In this document: positions 8,800-17,624 of the stretch, in pieces
Layout: each line of letters opens with the position of its first letter
How positions within the stretch are numbered: position 1 is the stretch's first letter
Origin: an uncultured virus (IMG/VR IMGVR_UViG_3300031182_000003)
Taxonomy: Duplodnaviria > Heunggongvirae > Uroviricota > Caudoviricetes
Reading direction: 5' to 3' (one strand)
Virus record (IMG/VR): IMGVR_UViG_3300031182_000003
DNA length: 64,000 nt
Position numbers and translations under genes: made by a program
The notes under the pieces: model-generated
What the model was told of the DNA's origin: nothing
Databases searched by the model: none
What the model saw: the letters and a program-made list of their open reading frames with translations, nothing else

Positions 8800-9021
8800 A
8801 TGGCATTGACGGCACCGCAACAAGAGAAGATGGATGAAGCCAAGGCTACGCTTGTGCAGATCAAGTCCGGCCTTGAGCAAATGCAGGAAGTGGTCTACAA
8901 CTCCCTGTCCATCCAGAACGTCGGCGGCTCGCACATCTACAACTTGGGCCAAGACCTGAAGCCCCTGTTCGCAAAGCTGGAGTCGCAACTCGAAGCGGTC
9001 GAAACGGTCGGAGATGAGTAA
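8800..9021 (+). CDS. Small helical protein, MALTAPQQ paralog 2
   Basis: GGGTGA RBS; paralog of the 7447 protein. Confidence 0.75.
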   Translation: MALTAPQQEKMDEAKATLVQIKSGLEQMQEVVYNSLSIQNVGGSHIYNLGQDLKPLFAKLESQLEAVETVGDE

Positions 9022-9258
9022 CGTTCGTTACTGCTTCGATTGTCAGCAATGGCTTCCCGCTTATAAAGTCTTTGCTGACCGTTTCGCCTACCATTGCTGT
9101 TGGTATTGCCATTGCACCGTGGCAATCGAACGGCGATCCAAAACGTTAACGTTATAGCCCCACGGAGGAAGTGACGGAAACCCGTCGCTTTCTTTGTTTT
9201 ATAGTCTGCTCCGTTGTCACGGAATGTTATGACTATGGAATGAAAGGATGCGACGGGT

Positions 9259-9912
9259 ATGGCAACAACAATCGTTAATAAGTATCACAAGCTTCCGTTT
9301 GATGAATACATTGGTCGTGGCTCGAAATGGGGCAATCCGTTTTCACACATGGAAGGCACCAAGGCGAAGTTCAAAGTCGCCACTCGCGAAGAAGCTATAC
9401 AGAATTATCGCCAGTGGATTCTCAGACAACCGGAGCTTTTACTGTCCCTTCATGAATTGAAGGACAAAACGCTTGCGTGCTTTTGCAAGCCTGCCGCATG
9501 TCATGGTGATGTGATTGTCGATCTGATTGAAAATACGTTCTTCCTAGTGATTGCGGGCTCCCGGGACTTCGATGATTACGAACTGCTGAAGATGAAGGCG
9601 GACAAGATTACACGCCGCATCAAGAAGCAGATCGTTGTTGTATCCGGCACCGCAAAAGGAGCCGACAGACTCGGCGAGCGTTATGCGAAGGAGCGCGGCT
9701 ATGATGTTGCGTACTTCCCGGCTGACTGGAATCGGTACGGCAAACGCGCCGGTATGTTACGCAATTGTGACATGGCGACGCTCGTGAAAAATCTTCGCGG
9801 CGGCGTCATTTGTTTTTGGGATGGATCATCTCCCGGCACGCGCGGTATGATTAACATCTGCGAAGAACTCGGGGTGCAACTCCGTGTCATCAAGTATCCA
9901 AACTACGCTTAG
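9259..9912 (+). CDS. DUF4326 domain fused to a SLOG (YspA/DUF2493-like) domain
   Basis: YIGRGSKWGNPF and LACFCKPAACHGDV, then IAGSRDF, VVSGTAKGADRLGE, ADWNRYGKRAGMLRN, WDGSSPGT. Confidence 0.8.
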   Translation: MATTIVNKYHKLPFDEYIGRGSKWGNPFSHMEGTKAKFKVATREEAIQNYRQWILRQPELLLSLHELKDKTLACFCKPAACHGDVIVDLIENTFFLVIAGSRDFDDYELLKMKADKITRRIKKQIVVVSGTAKGADRLGERYAKERGYDVAYFPADWNRYGKRAGMLRNCDMATLVKNLRGGVICFWDGSSPGTRGMINICEELGVQLRVIKYPNYA

Positions 9913-9923
9913 GAGGTGTACTC

Positions 9924-10001
9924 ATGCGCAGACGCATTGGGTTGCAGTGGATTTTGCTTGCTGTTGCAATCATTTCGTATGCACTCGTCGCTCTCATCTG
10001 A
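9924..10001 (+). CDS. 25-aa hydrophobic membrane peptide
   Basis: GGAGGTG RBS; MRRRIGLQWILLAVAIISYALVALI. Confidence 0.5.
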   Translation: MRRRIGLQWILLAVAIISYALVALI

Positions 10002-10104
10002 TAAAATGCCGCTGTTTTGGCTGGTAAATCCAGACGAAGTTGTGTATTATAAAGGGGGAGGGACGTTACATAAATCGCCTCTTTACGTGACATTGCAAGG
10101 GTAG

Positions 10105-11874
10105 GTGAAGCAAGTGGGCGCACAGACCATCTGGAGATGCAATGATGCTGTTATCAGCGGCGAGAATCCGGCAATCGAACTGCTTGAGATGCGCGGGATT
10201 GAAGATCCTGCCGACTTTCTCAAGATCACGAAGAAGAAGCTCCACAACCCGTACAAGATGAAGGACATGAAGAAGGCCGTACAACGTATCACACAAGCCA
10301 TCAAGAATGGCGAGAAGATTCGCATTTATGGCGACTATGATGCCGACGGCGTTTCTTCCACATCGCTATGGGTGATGATTCTCCGGGAACTCGGAGCAGA
10401 TGTGAGCTACTTCGTGCCCGACCGGTTCAAGGATGGTTACGGTGTCAATAACAAGGCGATCACTGACTGTCACAAGCAGGGCGTTCAGCTTATCATCACA
10501 TGCGATACCGGTATTACGGCTATTGAGCAAGTGCAGTTTGCCAAATCGCTTGGCATGGACATCATTGTGACCGATCATCATGAACCCCAACCGGTAGATG
10601 CATACGATGAAGCCTTGCAGAAGATTGGACAAGTCGTACACAACGCCACCAATGAGGCATATCTCATTCCTGACACTATCGTTGTCAATCCCAAGCGCCC
10701 GGATTGCAAGTATCCATTCAAATCACTTGCCGGTGTTGGCGTATCGTTCAAGATTCTTTGTGCGGTATGCGAGAAGATTCACCCCACCGGCAGAGCCGCC
10801 GCTTACGCTCATATGGACATCGTTGCGCTCGGCACGTTTGCTGACCAAATGGATGTCATTGATGAGAACCGTGTAATCGGCAAACTCGGGCTCAAGATGA
10901 TGAAGAAAACGAAGAATCGTGGCCTCTACCAGTTAATTAGGGCCAATGATCTCGCCGACAAGAAGCTGTCATCCAAGGATATCGGATGGACGATTGCCCC
11001 CTGCATCAACGCCGCCGGACGCATTGTATCGGCGACGGATGCGGTGGAGATGCTCATCTCCAACAACAAGCTTGATGCCTACCGATGCGCGAAGAAGCTT
11101 GTGGAAATCAACGAAGAACGAAAGAAACTCACCAAGAAGTACGTTCAATCCATCATTGAGGCCATTGAGTCTGAACAACAGGACGATCCAACTGCGATCA
11201 TTGTGCATTATCATCCCGGTGTGCCGGAAGGCATCATTGGGTTAATTGCAGGCAGGATCGCCAACCATTTCTACAAACCTGCCATCCTGCTGTCAGACAG
11301 CGAAGAACCAGATATCTATAAAGGGTCGGCACGTTCGATCAAAGGGTTCGACATGTTCGGAGCGCTGATGCATCAGACGAGCATCATGGAAGGTTTCGGC
11401 GGACATACAATGGCATGTGGCCTATCCGTCCATAAAGACAACTTCGAGCAATTACGGGCACGCCTTGAGCTTTACGCCGAAACGATTCTGTCGAACGAAG
11501 ACCTGCAACGCAAGGTGTACATTGACTGTATCATCGAAAACGGCAAAATTCTCGACATCGACTTCGTAAAGGATATCCGCAGGCTTGAACCCTTTGGCAA
11601 TGGAAATCAGCGGCCCACTTTTATGATGAGAAAATTAAAGGTGATCCGCGAGATGCCTGTCGGAGAGGAGAAGAATCATTTGTGGGCTTTGCTCAGCGAC
11701 GGCAAGACAACGTTCTCGACAATCGGCTTCTGGCTGTATGACAAATACGTCGCTCTGGGCAAACCGCAAAAGATCGACATCGCGTTCTTCCCCAACCTGA
11801 ACGAATATCCCAAAGGCTCGGGAAAAGTGTCTGTTCAGCTTGAACTGGAAGATATCCGAAAGGCCGCAAAGTGA
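10105..11874 (+). CDS. recJ: ssDNA-specific exonuclease RecJ
   Basis: GDYDADG, ITCDTG, TDHH, NAAGR, KGSARS, GGH, LEPFGNGN motifs. Confidence 0.95.
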   Translation: MKQVGAQTIWRCNDAVISGENPAIELLEMRGIEDPADFLKITKKKLHNPYKMKDMKKAVQRITQAIKNGEKIRIYGDYDADGVSSTSLWVMILRELGADVSYFVPDRFKDGYGVNNKAITDCHKQGVQLIITCDTGITAIEQVQFAKSLGMDIIVTDHHEPQPVDAYDEALQKIGQVVHNATNEAYLIPDTIVVNPKRPDCKYPFKSLAGVGVSFKILCAVCEKIHPTGRAAAYAHMDIVALGTFADQMDVIDENRVIGKLGLKMMKKTKNRGLYQLIRANDLADKKLSSKDIGWTIAPCINAAGRIVSATDAVEMLISNNKLDAYRCAKKLVEINEERKKLTKKYVQSIIEAIESEQQDDPTAIIVHYHPGVPEGIIGLIAGRIANHFYKPAILLSDSEEPDIYKGSARSIKGFDMFGALMHQTSIMEGFGGHTMACGLSVHKDNFEQLRARLELYAETILSNEDLQRKVYIDCIIENGKILDIDFVKDIRRLEPFGNGNQRPTFMMRKLKVIREMPVGEEKNHLWALLSDGKTTFSTIGFWLYDKYVALGKPQKIDIAFFPNLNEYPKGSGKVSVQLELEDIRKAAK

Positions 11875-11893
11875 TCACCGGAAAGGTGAAATC

Positions 11894-12463
11894 ATGTGGC
11901 TTATTATTCTGATCGTTGACAATCTTGTACTTCTGGCCCTGTTCTTGTGGTATCGCAGACAGTACCGCCGCAAGCTTGAGGAAGTGCGCAACTTGATTAC
12001 GCGCGACCCGCTGACAAAACTGTATAATCGGCGCGGTTTTGAAGACATGCTGATGCAAATCCGCAGAATGTCGAGTCATCGGGAGCCCTTTGCCGTTCTG
12101 ATGATCGACGTGGATCATTTCAAGTCAATCAATGACACGTATGGTCATTGCTTCGGCGATGCTGTTCTGCGAGTCATTGGTATGCTGATCGAAGATGAAT
12201 GTAAGGGCAACGGAATCGTTGCCCGATTCGGCGGCGAGGAGTTTGTTGTTATCCTCCCGCAAGTCACTCGGGAACAGGCCGTTCTTGTTGCTGAACACAT
12301 CCGAAATCGAGTTCGCACCCATGTCTTTGATTCGCATCCTGAACTGCGAATCACCGTCAGCATTGGCATTGGCTTGAGTCAGGAAAGCGGAGCGATTGTG
12401 GATAGTGCGGACAAGAAGCTTTACCTTGCCAAGAATGCGGGTCGGAACAAGATCATTGTATAA
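11894..12463 (+). CDS. Membrane-anchored diguanylate cyclase (GGDEF domain)
   Basis: N-terminal TM helix; DPLTKLYNRR, IDVDHFKSINDTYGH, RFGGEEF, ADKKLYLAKNAGRN. Confidence 0.93.
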   Translation: MWLIILIVDNLVLLALFLWYRRQYRRKLEEVRNLITRDPLTKLYNRRGFEDMLMQIRRMSSHREPFAVLMIDVDHFKSINDTYGHCFGDAVLRVIGMLIEDECKGNGIVARFGGEEFVVILPQVTREQAVLVAEHIRNRVRTHVFDSHPELRITVSIGIGLSQESGAIVDSADKKLYLAKNAGRNKIIV

Positions 12464-12487
12464 CCCAACCAATAGGAGGTAGACCAA

Positions 12488-13087
12488 ATGCCGAACTATC
12501 AACACATCTACTCTACGCTCCGGTCTGCGCTTGTGGATCGTGACCGTGATCCGTCGTTCATCGTGGACGACTGTGTCATTGTCGGATTCGGCAAAGATCA
12601 ATTTGCCCTGCGTAAATACGTTCCGTCCGGCGCACTTCTTGTTGCGTATTCGATGCTGTTCTACCCGGGGTTCCTTGACGTAACGGAACGCAATCCGTAC
12701 TGGATGTTGTATGCGAGGGTATGGCTCGGCGGCGAACAAAATCCGAAATATCCGCTTCTGCCGAACGAGATTATGGCAGGCATCGCCATTGCAGTCGGCG
12801 TGTATGCCGGATTCATCAAGGCCATTGGTATGACTGAAGGTGTCGCGATCCGGCCCAACTTCGATCATCCGATGGTGAAGAAGACCCACGAACTCATTCG
12901 CGAGAATGGTTTGGAGTTGAAAGACGCGAAGCAAACGTTCATCGAACTCATGCAACAGGAGGAGTACGCGAAAGATATTCTGGTCGCGGACGACTTCATC
13001 GCAAATCCGTTCATCGCGGAGTTCAACGTCGGCGTGAATACGGCCACCACGGTCGAAGAACTCAGGAAAGCGAGTGAACTTCTGTGA
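12488..13087 (+). CDS. Hypothetical protein
   Basis: AGGAGGT RBS. Confidence 0.7.
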   Translation: MPNYQHIYSTLRSALVDRDRDPSFIVDDCVIVGFGKDQFALRKYVPSGALLVAYSMLFYPGFLDVTERNPYWMLYARVWLGGEQNPKYPLLPNEIMAGIAIAVGVYAGFIKAIGMTEGVAIRPNFDHPMVKKTHELIRENGLELKDAKQTFIELMQQEEYAKDILVADDFIANPFIAEFNVGVNTATTVEELRKASELL

Positions 13088-13590
13088 AGAAACCCCGTCA
13101 CCGTATTTGGTGGTATCCCGTCTTCGAGGCCGAGGAGAAGGAACTGCGCGAGAAGCGTCTGCTGACGCAGGAGGGCGGCGAATGGCCGATCCTGTACGAC
13201 CGTGAGGATCAGGCTTACGCGCTGGCCTACGCCCATCGTCTGGAGCCTAAGCGCAACGAAGACGGCTCCATTATCACAAATGAGGAGGGCTATGCCCAAC
13301 TCATCAACCACGGTCGCATCACGCTCATCGGCATTCGCGGCTCCGCGATTGACTGGAAAAAGGTCAAGCACATCAAAGCCGAAGGTCTCAAGGGTCATGC
13401 GGTCGTGGTTCAGCATCCGATCCACCTGAACTCGCAAACGTACAAGAAGATCCTTCAGGAGTCGGACAAGGCGTATCACCAAGCCATTTCTACACCGCTT
13501 GCACGCGCGGGCGGTATTGAGCCGCCGCAAGCCGAAGCATCCGATGAGCAAAATCAAGACGCGGTTCAGGATCAGCCCGAAGCAGGTTGA
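13084..13590 (+). CDS. Hypothetical protein
   Basis: GTGA overlap with upstream stop. Confidence 0.6.
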   Translation: MKKPRHRIWWYPVFEAEEKELREKRLLTQEGGEWPILYDREDQAYALAYAHRLEPKRNEDGSIITNEEGYAQLINHGRITLIGIRGSAIDWKKVKHIKAEGLKGHAVVVQHPIHLNSQTYKKILQESDKAYHQAISTPLARAGGIEPPQAEASDEQNQDAVQDQPEAG

Positions 13591-14371
13591 TCGCGCTTTT
13601 GCATTTGCGGAGGAGATCTGCAAAGGCCGGGCGCAAAGTCACCGCGATTTTGGAAGCAAACGCGGTCGTAAGACCGTCGATTTCATCGCCGATACCGTTG
13701 AAGGAAAGCTCGCAGAAGAAGGCTTTGCTAAATTTCTGCGAGCTAATTTCGGCATTGATGTCGAGGTTGATTATGACATATATCCTGATCGCAATGAGAC
13801 GGATTATGGCAATGATCTGCAAGGCATCGAGATCGACGGATCGCCGATGGTCGGCGTTTTCAAAGTAGATATCAAATCGGCGCGGCATTATTCCAAATGG
13901 CTTCTTGTTGAAGACCACAAGTTTCGCGGAGCGAATCTGTATGTGCTTGTCACCATACATGGTCTTGATAAGGATTGGGAGGACAATCCGTACGCCTACC
14001 GGCGAAAACCCATCGACATTACCGTTGCAGGGTTTGCTTTCTATACGGACTTCATTCATCTTCCTTCCAAGAAACCGTGGTTTGTGTTCAAGCAAGGCGC
14101 ACCGCTTATCCGAACCAGCGATGCGCTGATGATCGTTCGTGGATTGAAAAAACGGCGCAAACTGAATCCGGTGTGGATCAAGAAAGTTGCCTCGCGTATG
14201 ATGAAGGCTGGAAGGATTACGCCGATGAAAGTGCGGCTCAAAGCCCCACTGAATTACGGCATCCCGAAAGACTGGCTCCGTAGCGGGGATCAATGGCTTC
14301 AAGTGGTCAAATTGCTGAAGCTTGGCACGCTGAAGCCGAAGAACCATATCGTTTATAGGCAGGTGAAATAG
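13544..14371 (+). CDS. Putative PD-(D/E)XK nuclease-like protein
   Basis: EGKLAEEGF...DYGND...KVDIKS spacing typical of restriction-fold nucleases. Confidence 0.55.
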   Translation: MSKIKTRFRISPKQVDRAFAFAEEICKGRAQSHRDFGSKRGRKTVDFIADTVEGKLAEEGFAKFLRANFGIDVEVDYDIYPDRNETDYGNDLQGIEIDGSPMVGVFKVDIKSARHYSKWLLVEDHKFRGANLYVLVTIHGLDKDWEDNPYAYRRKPIDITVAGFAFYTDFIHLPSKKPWFVFKQGAPLIRTSDALMIVRGLKKRRKLNPVWIKKVASRMMKAGRITPMKVRLKAPLNYGIPKDWLRSGDQWLQVVKLLKLGTLKPKNHIVYRQVK

Positions 14372-14372
14372 C

Positions 14373-14780
14373 GTGGCAAGAATGCTCGGCAAACGGCTGA
14401 CCCATTTGTCTCCCAAGCAGGCGATGATCCGGCTGACGGAACGACAGGTGCAGATGATTGCTGACGGTATTGTGGAGGGCCGCAAGATTGTTCCGCCGAC
14501 GGAGAAGGATTATGATGAGTACGACTCCGACGCGATGGATATCTTCGAGCAATTGGAGCGTTACGGATTCCACTTTCCCGACCTCGTTCTCGGCGGCGAA
14601 GATTTTCAGCAATGGGAACGTGAGAAACGGGAGCTTATGCAGACGCTCCGCGAAATCAAAAGCTGTTTCCGTTGCCTGCAAGCAGAATCGACAAGCTCCC
14701 GTGCGCAAAAGTTCTGCGAAATGGGAATGCAGTATGTGGACAAAGCCAACATGCTTTTGTTCGGCCAGACGGAAAAATGA
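14373..14780 (+). CDS. Hypothetical protein
   Basis: AGGTGA RBS before GTG. Confidence 0.65.
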   Translation: MARMLGKRLTHLSPKQAMIRLTERQVQMIADGIVEGRKIVPPTEKDYDEYDSDAMDIFEQLERYGFHFPDLVLGGEDFQQWEREKRELMQTLREIKSCFRCLQAESTSSRAQKFCEMGMQYVDKANMLLFGQTEK

Positions 14781-14816
14781 TGTATTCATTTCTCTCATTT
14801 GGTGTATAATGTGATT

Positions 14817-14905
14817 GAGGAACCCTTTCACATCGACCGTCAGTAATCGGGGAGCCACACGTTAGACCTCCTGCGTGCCCCGTCGCCATACTGACGGTCT
14901 TTTTT
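14817..14905 (+). ncRNA. Candidate small RNA with terminator-like end
   Basis: TATAAT at 14805-14810; GACCGTCAGTA/TACTGACGGTC stem followed by T6; ACCTCCT in apical region. Confidence 0.5.
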
Positions 14906-15042
14906 CGGCTATTCGGAAAATCATGTTGAAAAGGATGATTAATAAATCTTCAATTAATAAGGGGGAAGATAGCAATAGGATTGGACATGTACATTTATAA
15001 GGTAGATACAAGGATTGACTCGCAATGGGAGTGTTTGTTTTT

Positions 15043-15327
15043 ATGGTTGCAAAAAGTTATGATATGGGACACGAAATTATTTATTTAGGTGATAGATGGT
15101 GTTATGCAGACAATGAACAAGACACTTACCATCAAAGACCATGTAAAAAATGTGGACTATTTAAAACACCAGAAGGACACGATCCATGTATTGCTAATTT
15201 GGACGGTGTAAGAAATGCTTGCTGTGGTCATGGTGTAACAGAAGGATATGTGCAATTTGATAATGGATTAGTTATTCGCGGCTATTTCGATCATTTGAAA
15301 GATAAGCAAGGAGAGTTCAATGGATAA
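15043..15327 (+). CDS. Cys/His-rich hypothetical protein in an AT-rich insertion
   Basis: CKKCG, HDPC, ACCGHG; GC clearly lower than the flanks. Confidence 0.7.
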   Translation: MVAKSYDMGHEIIYLGDRWCYADNEQDTYHQRPCKKCGLFKTPEGHDPCIANLDGVRNACCGHGVTEGYVQFDNGLVIRGYFDHLKDKQGEFNG

Positions 15328-15522
15328 TATATGTGAAAAATTTGATTTGATGAAGATGTTAGAGAAAATCAAAGTAGCATTTCCAAATGCGTTTATTAAT
15401 CGGAACATCATATTTCAATATGATATTCCGAATAGCCTTTTTCTTCTTCAGGAGGTTTGTTTTCTATTCACCCCGTTTCTGTTACAATAGAGCTAATGAC
15501 AATTGTGAACGGGGTGACAATT

Positions 15523-15900
15523 GTGTTGGAACCGGAAATCAAAGATGTTCTAAGCCGGAAACAACGGCAGAAAAACGCAAACGATATTCTGAACCGCCTT
15601 GATCCTGATAAACACAATTTCAACGTCATCATTCTCGGATTTGCGGATATCATTCAATCATCGTTCTACAAATTCGTGGAGTCGCAATGCCGGAGCCAGA
15701 GCGAGCTTCGCAAGAAGCAGGATCGCATGAACAAGACCATATCCGACGTACTGACGCTTCTCAATGAAAGCGGACTTGACAACGCCGAAGATATGGTGGT
15801 TTTGTCAACCTGTATGGTTGAAGCGATCAATCGCGCTTTGGTGCGACAACAAGAAAATGGGGTAAGCATCCGCCCCGGTCTGAAAGAGAAGGGCGAATAG
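15523..15900 (+). CDS. Hypothetical protein
   Basis: GGGGTGA RBS before GTG. Confidence 0.6.
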   Translation: MLEPEIKDVLSRKQRQKNANDILNRLDPDKHNFNVIILGFADIIQSSFYKFVESQCRSQSELRKKQDRMNKTISDVLTLLNESGLDNAEDMVVLSTCMVEAINRALVRQQENGVSIRPGLKEKGE

Positions 15901-16005
15901 CCCGTTGTCACGGGCAGAATTGTATATCTGCCGTTACACGGTGAAATACTGATACTAATACGACCGGGGCCAAGGCGGCCCCTATCTTATTGAGGAGGAT
16001 GTGAT

Positions 16006-16893
16006 ATGCCGAGGCTACCGGGATACACAAAGCGGTTAAGCCCGAGCAAGCTCATAGGCCGCGTGGATTTGCATTATCAAAGCGGCAACAGTGACAAGGT
16101 GTATATCCTTGAGATTGCTCAGGATCCGACCACGAATGACTTTTACCTCATGGCTTTTCACGGTCGGAACGGTTCTACATTGCGCGGAACCCATTACGGC
16201 ACCTTTAGCAATTTCGATGCGGCCAAAGCAAAGCTTCGTACCATTGAAAGATCGAAGTTGCAGAAAGGCTATCAGTTGATAAACGACGAAGGACTGAATG
16301 GGAACAATCCGGCTTCATCATTCCAGACCAGTCAAGGCAACTCCAACCTTAGCACGAGTGCTTTCCTTCGTAGCCGGATGAAAACCATCAATTTCACCCA
16401 TCTGAATGATTCGGAGTTTAGGTCACGATTTGTGGTGAGCGACGATTTCATCCTTCACCGGATTCCGCATATGCGTTTGGTATATGCGGCGGCAAACAGC
16501 GCCGGATGGACGATCTTCGACGCTTATAACTCCAGAAATATGTTCAGACATTGGAACCACATGGTGGGCCGGATCCCGAAGGATCATGATGGTCTCATAT
16601 GGTTTGGCATGTTCAACGATCAGGATACGCAGTTCATTATCCTTGACGTTGTTTATCATCCGCAGATTCAAAACATCTACAAGTCCGAATGGAAAGACCG
16701 CAGAAGGCTGATGAATGTCATCTACGACCAATTGTTTCCCGGTGTCGATCCCTACGACACTTCAAATACAATGTACTTCGCCGAATACTACTACGACGAT
16801 AAAATCGTGGAGTTCACAGTGTCGCGTGGTATATGGATAGCGAGAAACATAAAGCATCCATTCAAGGCGGAGTTCTTCGTCACAACCAAATAG
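16006..16893 (+). CDS. WGR-domain protein with uncharacterised C-terminal region
   Basis: SDKVYILEI...HGRNGS...SKLQKGY WGR-like N-terminus. Confidence 0.7.
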   Translation: MPRLPGYTKRLSPSKLIGRVDLHYQSGNSDKVYILEIAQDPTTNDFYLMAFHGRNGSTLRGTHYGTFSNFDAAKAKLRTIERSKLQKGYQLINDEGLNGNNPASSFQTSQGNSNLSTSAFLRSRMKTINFTHLNDSEFRSRFVVSDDFILHRIPHMRLVYAAANSAGWTIFDAYNSRNMFRHWNHMVGRIPKDHDGLIWFGMFNDQDTQFIILDVVYHPQIQNIYKSEWKDRRRLMNVIYDQLFPGVDPYDTSNTMYFAEYYYDDKIVEFTVSRGIWIARNIKHPFKAEFFVTTK

Positions 16894-16904
16894 AAAAGGA
16901 GGCG

Positions 16905-17594
16905 ATGTCCGTGGGCATCTTCTCAAGGATTCGCGACGTGTTCCGGGGAAGGGTAAACGACATCATCGACCGCGCGGAAAATCCGACGGTCATGTTGAAC
17001 CAATATCTCCGGGACTTGGGCCGTGACATCCAAAAGGCTCACGACGCGCTCGCTTTGCAGATGGCGGTGGAAAACCAGCTCCTGAAGGAGTATCGGGACG
17101 CCGAAGCATTGGCAAAGCAACGCGATGAACAGGCCATACAAGCCCTGAAACTGGGCGACGAAGGCTTGGCAGAACGCTGTCTGCTGGATAAGCACCATTT
17201 GCTTCAGAAGGCAGAGGCGTTCAAACAGCAGTACGAGACGGCGCGGGCCAATACGCTCGCATTCCGTCAGCAGTACGACCAACTTCGCGCCGACTACGAA
17301 AAGGCGAAGAACGACCATCGTATTCTGGTCTCGCGCCACGAGTCGGCCAAAGCGCTTGAGCAACTCCATCGCACGATGGGCAAGATCAACATATCCAGCG
17401 TGATGAACAACTTCGAGCGGATGGCTCGGCGTGTTTCCACGATGGAAGCTCGGGTGCAAGCGTCGATGGAACTGTATCGTTCGGAGCGTCAACTTCAGAC
17501 GGATCTGAACAAGCTTACCGGCAGACAGGCCGTCGATGCGGAGATTGCGGCATTGCGCCAGCGTTTGGGCTTGCCGACAGCCGCAACTCAATAA
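16905..17594 (+). CDS. pspA: PspA/IM30 family protein
   Basis: GIFSRIRDVF...NDIIDRAENPTVMLNQYLRD, GDEGLA, FERM; coiled coil. Confidence 0.88.
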   Translation: MSVGIFSRIRDVFRGRVNDIIDRAENPTVMLNQYLRDLGRDIQKAHDALALQMAVENQLLKEYRDAEALAKQRDEQAIQALKLGDEGLAERCLLDKHHLLQKAEAFKQQYETARANTLAFRQQYDQLRADYEKAKNDHRILVSRHESAKALEQLHRTMGKINISSVMNNFERMARRVSTMEARVQASMELYRSERQLQTDLNKLTGRQAVDAEIAALRQRLGLPTAATQ

Positions 17595-17624
17595 TCGTTG
17601 TAGGCGACACCGGGAGGTTTTTCT

